From Psammoneis japonica (lineage: Eukaryota), in the NCBI GenBank assembly GCA_008632985.1, contig QPGO01000201.1:1-64000 (forward strand): DNA of 64,000 nucleotides. Direction: 5' to 3'. The notes under the pieces were generated by a model that saw only the letters and a list, made by a program, of their open reading frames with translations, ran no database searches and was not told the DNA's origin. A program made the position numbers and the translations under genes. Shown here piece by piece: positions 59,759 through 64,000 of this stretch (its first letter is position 1; every line of letters starts with the position of its first letter).

Positions 59759-60440
59759 ATGCCATGGATGATGATACAACCGGGAGGAGTAGGGGACAGT
59801 CAGAAAGGTGCGGTTGTAATATCTTTTCTCGCAGGTGTAGCTTCTGCGAGTTTGTTATGGTGGCGGCTTTGGAAAATAATAACAGCTCCAACAAAAATGA
59901 GGCTTCTTCTGAAGGCTGGATGCATCGAAATACGTCGGTTGAGAGTCATATTGGTGAACTTCCTACGCTCAAATCAGAAGAAACTGGTCGTAGAAGATGG
60001 CCTTGGGATAAAATACGACGAACCATGTCATCGTGGGCTGTAGACGAAGAAGTTGAGAAAGAGAATAATACCGCTGAAAACAGAGATGAATTGCCACCGG
60101 GGTTTGTACATCCCTCTGCTGCGCGAAGGGAGTCTTTCGAGGAGGAAAAGAAAAACTCAGATTTGTGTATCGGTAGTATATTCGGTCTTGATGTTGGCGG
60201 ATCGCTAGCAAAGTTGGTTTACTTTGAAGAGCAAAAGAACAATGTCATATCACACGAGGCTACGAGCTTTCGAGAAATGCACTACCATCAGGCGGCTTCG
60301 GCAGCTGCGGTATTGGGTGCAAGGCGTGGTCGATCGCAGTCTATTTCAGACGACTTGTTTCTTTCGTCGGATTATAAAAGACACGAAACCAGAAGAGCAA
60401 GCTCGTATGTCAGCAGAAACACTCTCAACTCCATGATGCA

Positions 60441-60476
<36 letters not shown>

Positions 60477-62228
60477 CACGCTGGATTCCAACAATGATTT
60501 GACACAATTGTACATGGTAAGGCAAGAATCTGTACCAGACAATTTGGAAAAGTATGCTGAATGTTGCAACATCACAAAGACAAGTGTAGATTCCAATCAC
60601 TCGATTCGAAACGTGGTATTGGGTGAGGCTGACGATGATTCGGACGAGGAGGATTTCATGATTGGTAAAGACCATAGTAGTACGCAACAACGGCAACCAC
60701 AAGAGCAAGAGCTCCTTCTAGTGCCCCTCGTCCCCGAAACAAAACTCTGACAGTGATGGAACTATACGACGATCACGATCCATGTTTGACCTGAGCAAGT
60801 CGCGGGATCATGCAGAAGCCTTGGATCGATTCTACAATTTCGCCAGACGACTGGACACGTACGAAACTGGAGTCAAGGACAAGCATTTATCGTTTTATTC
60901 TCGGGAATTGGGCGGCGATTTTCACTTTATTCGATTTGAAACGAGGCGCATGGAGAATGCCATGGATCTGATTCGAGTGAATAACTTGCACTTGCACATT
61001 TTTGAAATGGGTGCTTGTGGTGGGGGCGCTCACAAGTATGCAGCCGCTTGGAAACGTGTCTTGGGTATCGAAATGGTCAAACAGGATGAATTGGATAGTC
61101 TTGTGGCAGGAATGCAGTTTGTATTGTCCACGGTTGTAGGAGAATGCTATACCTTCAGACCAAAGTTTCATCGTCACTTGAAGAAACAGCAGCACTCATT
61201 TACATCAGAGGACGATCCCTCTCAAGAGTCACCTACGTCTTCAAGCGGCAGTTTACATACTTCCAGTATCGGTGATAGTACTCACAGTGAACAAGAAGGA
61301 GAGAAACGAGGAGATAACTCGCGAATAGACGAGTGGTGGTGGTCACGCAAAGTCCAACGAGACCTAGTCATGGGTGCCAATGCTTATCCCGTATGTTGTT
61401 GAATATTGTTCATCGATGGTTGCATGCTTTGCCTTTACTTTCTTACTAATCCTGTTTTCTCTCCGTACAGTATCTACTGGTCACAATTGGAACAGGTGTG
61501 TCCATTCTTCGAGTTGACGGTCCCCGAAAGCACGAGAGAATATCCGGTTCGACTATTGGGGGTGGTAAGTTTGCGTAATTCCATTCTATGGCATCATGCA
61601 TATCCTGTTCCTTTTCTTTTTTACCAACCGGAGTTTCCGATCAATTATAGGTACGTTTTGGGGCCTGATTAGGCTTCTCACAGACGTTGATAGTTTTGAG
61701 GACGTGATGAAACTAGTGGAGAAGGGTGATCCTACTAAGGTGGACATGATGGTTGGTGACATTTACGGGCCAGATAGCGACGCTCTCGAAAAGTTTGGTT
61801 TGTCTCCTGATGTGGTTGCCTCGTCATTTGGCAAACTAGTTGCCAAACAAGATCCGGCGTCCGGTATCAAGCAAGAGGATCTGGCAAGGGCACTACTACT
61901 AATGGTGACGGTCAACATTGGCCAGGTGGCCTATCTCAATGCTCAGCTTCACAACACAACAAGAATATACTTTCTCGGCAACTTTCTTCGAAACAACCAA
62001 ATTTCCCAGCGTCGCCTCTCGTTTGCGATTGATTATTGGTCCAAAGGAATCATGGAGGCCCTCTTTCTAGAACATGAAGGATATTTTGGGGCTTTGGGCG
62101 CCTTTTTACTCAGTCAGGATATTTCTCACGAAGAACAAGATGTTTCACAGTGGGATGGACCGGTGAATGTCCCTACCCCTCCCCAACACCGACGTGCAAC
62201 CTCTGCCGATGTACGTTGGAGACGTTGA
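59759..62228 (+). CDS. PANK: Type II (fumble) pantothenate kinase with N-terminal hydrophobic segment and polyQ insert
   Basis: GLDVGGSLAKLVYF, GGGAHKY, DELDSLVAG, YP|YLLVTIGTGVSIL, GSTIGG|GTFWGL, VDMMVGDIYG, ASSFGK, FLEHEGYFGALGA. Introns 61391-61470 and ~61565-61650. Frameshifts ~59875 and ~60720. Confidence 0.92.
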
Positions 62229-62618
62229 GATCGACGAACATAGACACCGTCGACTGGCATTGATTGCATTTACAAATGCTGGTTGAGTATGCCATAATTC
62301 AATACAGGTACTGTAGTCAATTGTAATCTCGAGTCGTTTTTAAGTTGTGGCAGCTCTTATGCGACCACCAGTAGGTAGCAGAAGAGAGCGCCTCTGGAAT
62401 AGTTTCGTCAAAGCAGTGTTAAGGTCAAATCAAAAACGAGTCGAAGCAACGACACGCCTACTAGCTAGAGTCAGTTGTAAGGAACGAAGCTACAGCTACA
62501 GTTCCCTCTATGTAGATCTACTTTTCATGGCTAGCGTAAATGGAAATACCGGTAGAGAAATGCGAGGTTCTTACTCGTATTATAGATCAACATAACTTAC
62601 AACTGGAGGCTGCCTATA

Positions 62619-63734
62619 TTACTTTAACTTTGTCAACGTGTCTTCGTGACATTTCAGAATTTCATTCGGGTCAATTGTGGCAGTTTGGCACAACGACTTT
62701 CGGGAAAGCCAAACCACGAGTCCCTCATAAGTGGCATCACTATCGCTGGGGCTGGACGATGTTCCACGAGATTCAAGATGCTGCTTGATAAGGGCAGTCA
62801 TACAAACGTTTAGAGCCTCCCTTGGCGAAAGGCTGTTTTTTGTTTGGGTTTCTTGCCACAGTATTTCTTGAATGGCGTGTGCATCACGTCCCACCGAAAA
62901 AGTCGAAACTGTCGATGAGGCTGGTGCCCTTTTCCACACTCCAGTTGGATCGATCGTATACAGGGCAAGTGTTTGCTGTTGTCCAGTTCGTAAGGTCGCG
63001 GCATCATTGGGTTGTGCTGTGACCAAGAGCAGTTGAATTCCATAGGGTCTCATACCTTGCATCCTGGTAGGACGATCGATATATGAGGATATGAACTGTA
63101 ACAACTTCCATGATGGTATCGCATCGGCAGAATAAAGCGTACAATAGTTTTCCACGTGTTTTAACAGGACGAGACGCAAATGCAGAATATCGGGAACAAA
63201 ACCCGTCATGCAAACAACGGCGCTCGCGCCTTTTGCGTCACCCAGAACCGTGAATTTGTCATTGTCTGCACTTTCGCTGGATGGATGGGAGTCCAACAGG
63301 CGCAGTCCATCCATGACTTCTATTGTATTTTCACCGTCGTCGTTGTTATTGTGAATTACGCTGATTGATGATTTTGTTTCGCCACGTGGTGTTCTGCTAA
63401 GTAGCACAATGCAGTCTTCTTCTTCGCCATCATTTTGCCATGTAGACGAAACAGCAACAATCGACGCTTGGGCAGAAGACGCTGCAAAGGACGAGCTCAG
63501 ATGCGGTATAAAAGACGACAACGAGGCCGCGTCTGCGGATGAACCTGCCGTTGATGCGGCATGCACGAGCCCATCACCGCCACCTAACAACACTTGAGAG
63601 ACTGAAATGCATCCCATCAACGCAGGCATCCATCGTAATTTTCTAATGCGGGTCGAATAAGGATATTGGGAGCGGCATGTTACAGGTGCTTTCTTGCCAG
63701 TTGCGCCCATGGCTGCCGCTGATTTTACGCTCAT
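62619..63734 (-). CDS. Divergent 20S proteasome alpha-type (Ntn-hydrolase fold) protein with N-terminal extension
   Basis: VCMTGFVPD, TRMQGMRPYGIQLLL, LYTIDPTG, SVGRDA..IQEIL resemble the alpha-subunit motifs GxxxD, RPxGxxLL, LYxxDPSG and AIG. Confidence 0.7.
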   Translation of the reverse strand: MSVKSAAAMGATGKKAPVTCRSQYPYSTRIRKLRWMPALMGCISVSQVLLGGGDGLVHAASTAGSSADAASLSSFIPHLSSSFAASSAQASIVAVSSTWQNDGEEEDCIVLLSRTPRGETKSSISVIHNNNDDGENTIEVMDGLRLLDSHPSSESADNDKFTVLGDAKGASAVVCMTGFVPDILHLRLVLLKHVENYCTLYSADAIPSWKLLQFISSYIDRPTRMQGMRPYGIQLLLVTAQPNDAATLRTGQQQTLALYTIDPTGVWKRAPASSTVSTFSVGRDAHAIQEILWQETQTKNSLSPREALNVCMTALIKQHLESRGTSSSPSDSDATYEGLVVWLSRKSLCQTATIDPNEILKCHEDTLTKLK

Positions 63735-63885
63735 TGTCGGAGAGAAAGATGAAAAACAAAATCAAAATCTGCCTGAAAATCTATCAGAGATGAGACACTG
63801 TACTTTTCCAAAGTTGAAGTTGCTTTTGTACCAGGATTCTCTGTAAAGTTGCTGTATGTACTTTTCTACTGAAAATCTCTACAAA

Positions 63886-63906
63886 GACGTCACTTCGATG
63901 ACGTCA
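63886..63906. promoter_or_regulatory. GACGTCA plus TGACGTCA pair upstream of the proteasome-like gene
   Basis: GACGTCA at 63886-63892 and TGACGTCA at 63899-63906. Confidence 0.35.
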
Positions 63907-64000
63907 GTTGATGACTCGTTCGATTGCCTTTTTGACACGCGCAAAAACGGAACAAAAAATCTGAACAGAATTCGTCCCACCATGATGATTGCGAGACATT

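Noticed and set aside
60438..60474. (CAG)n tract in PanK and (CTG)n tracts at ~17100-17170
   Set aside because: Ordinary coding polyQ microsatellites.

Overview
Eukaryotic nuclear DNA, most likely from a pennate diatom. This is inferred from bipartite signal+F plastid presequences, short GT-AG introns, a KRE6-type transglycosylase, a diatom-type Ty1/copia element and a red-lineage atpI fragment. About 20 host genes are present (USP, ankyrin protein, aldo-keto reductase, PNGase, sulfatase, DJ-1/PfpI, STI1-like, Rtf1, alpha/beta hydrolase, KRE6/SKN1, methyltransferase, fibrillin, SDR, pantothenate kinase, proteasome-like). They alternate with four sharply bounded blocks (~1.2-6.3, ~18.2-32.4, ~34.7-38.5, ~54.7-58.1 kb) almost devoid of TpA. 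These blocks hold a decayed copia element, a Helentron-type RepHel with nested MITEs, a 1280-codon nearly Tyr-free ORF, an unidentified relic and a tandem duplication of host DNA. Copies aligned within the window show TpA->TpG and TpA->CpA changes plus CpG decay, and surviving TpA sites are mostly YTAR. The main finding is therefore a candidate repeat-targeted A:T->G:C hypermutation system, the mirror image of fungal RIP; its mechanism is inference only. Many host genes carry single-base deletions in homopolymers, probably assembly errors. All counts and alignments were done by eye.
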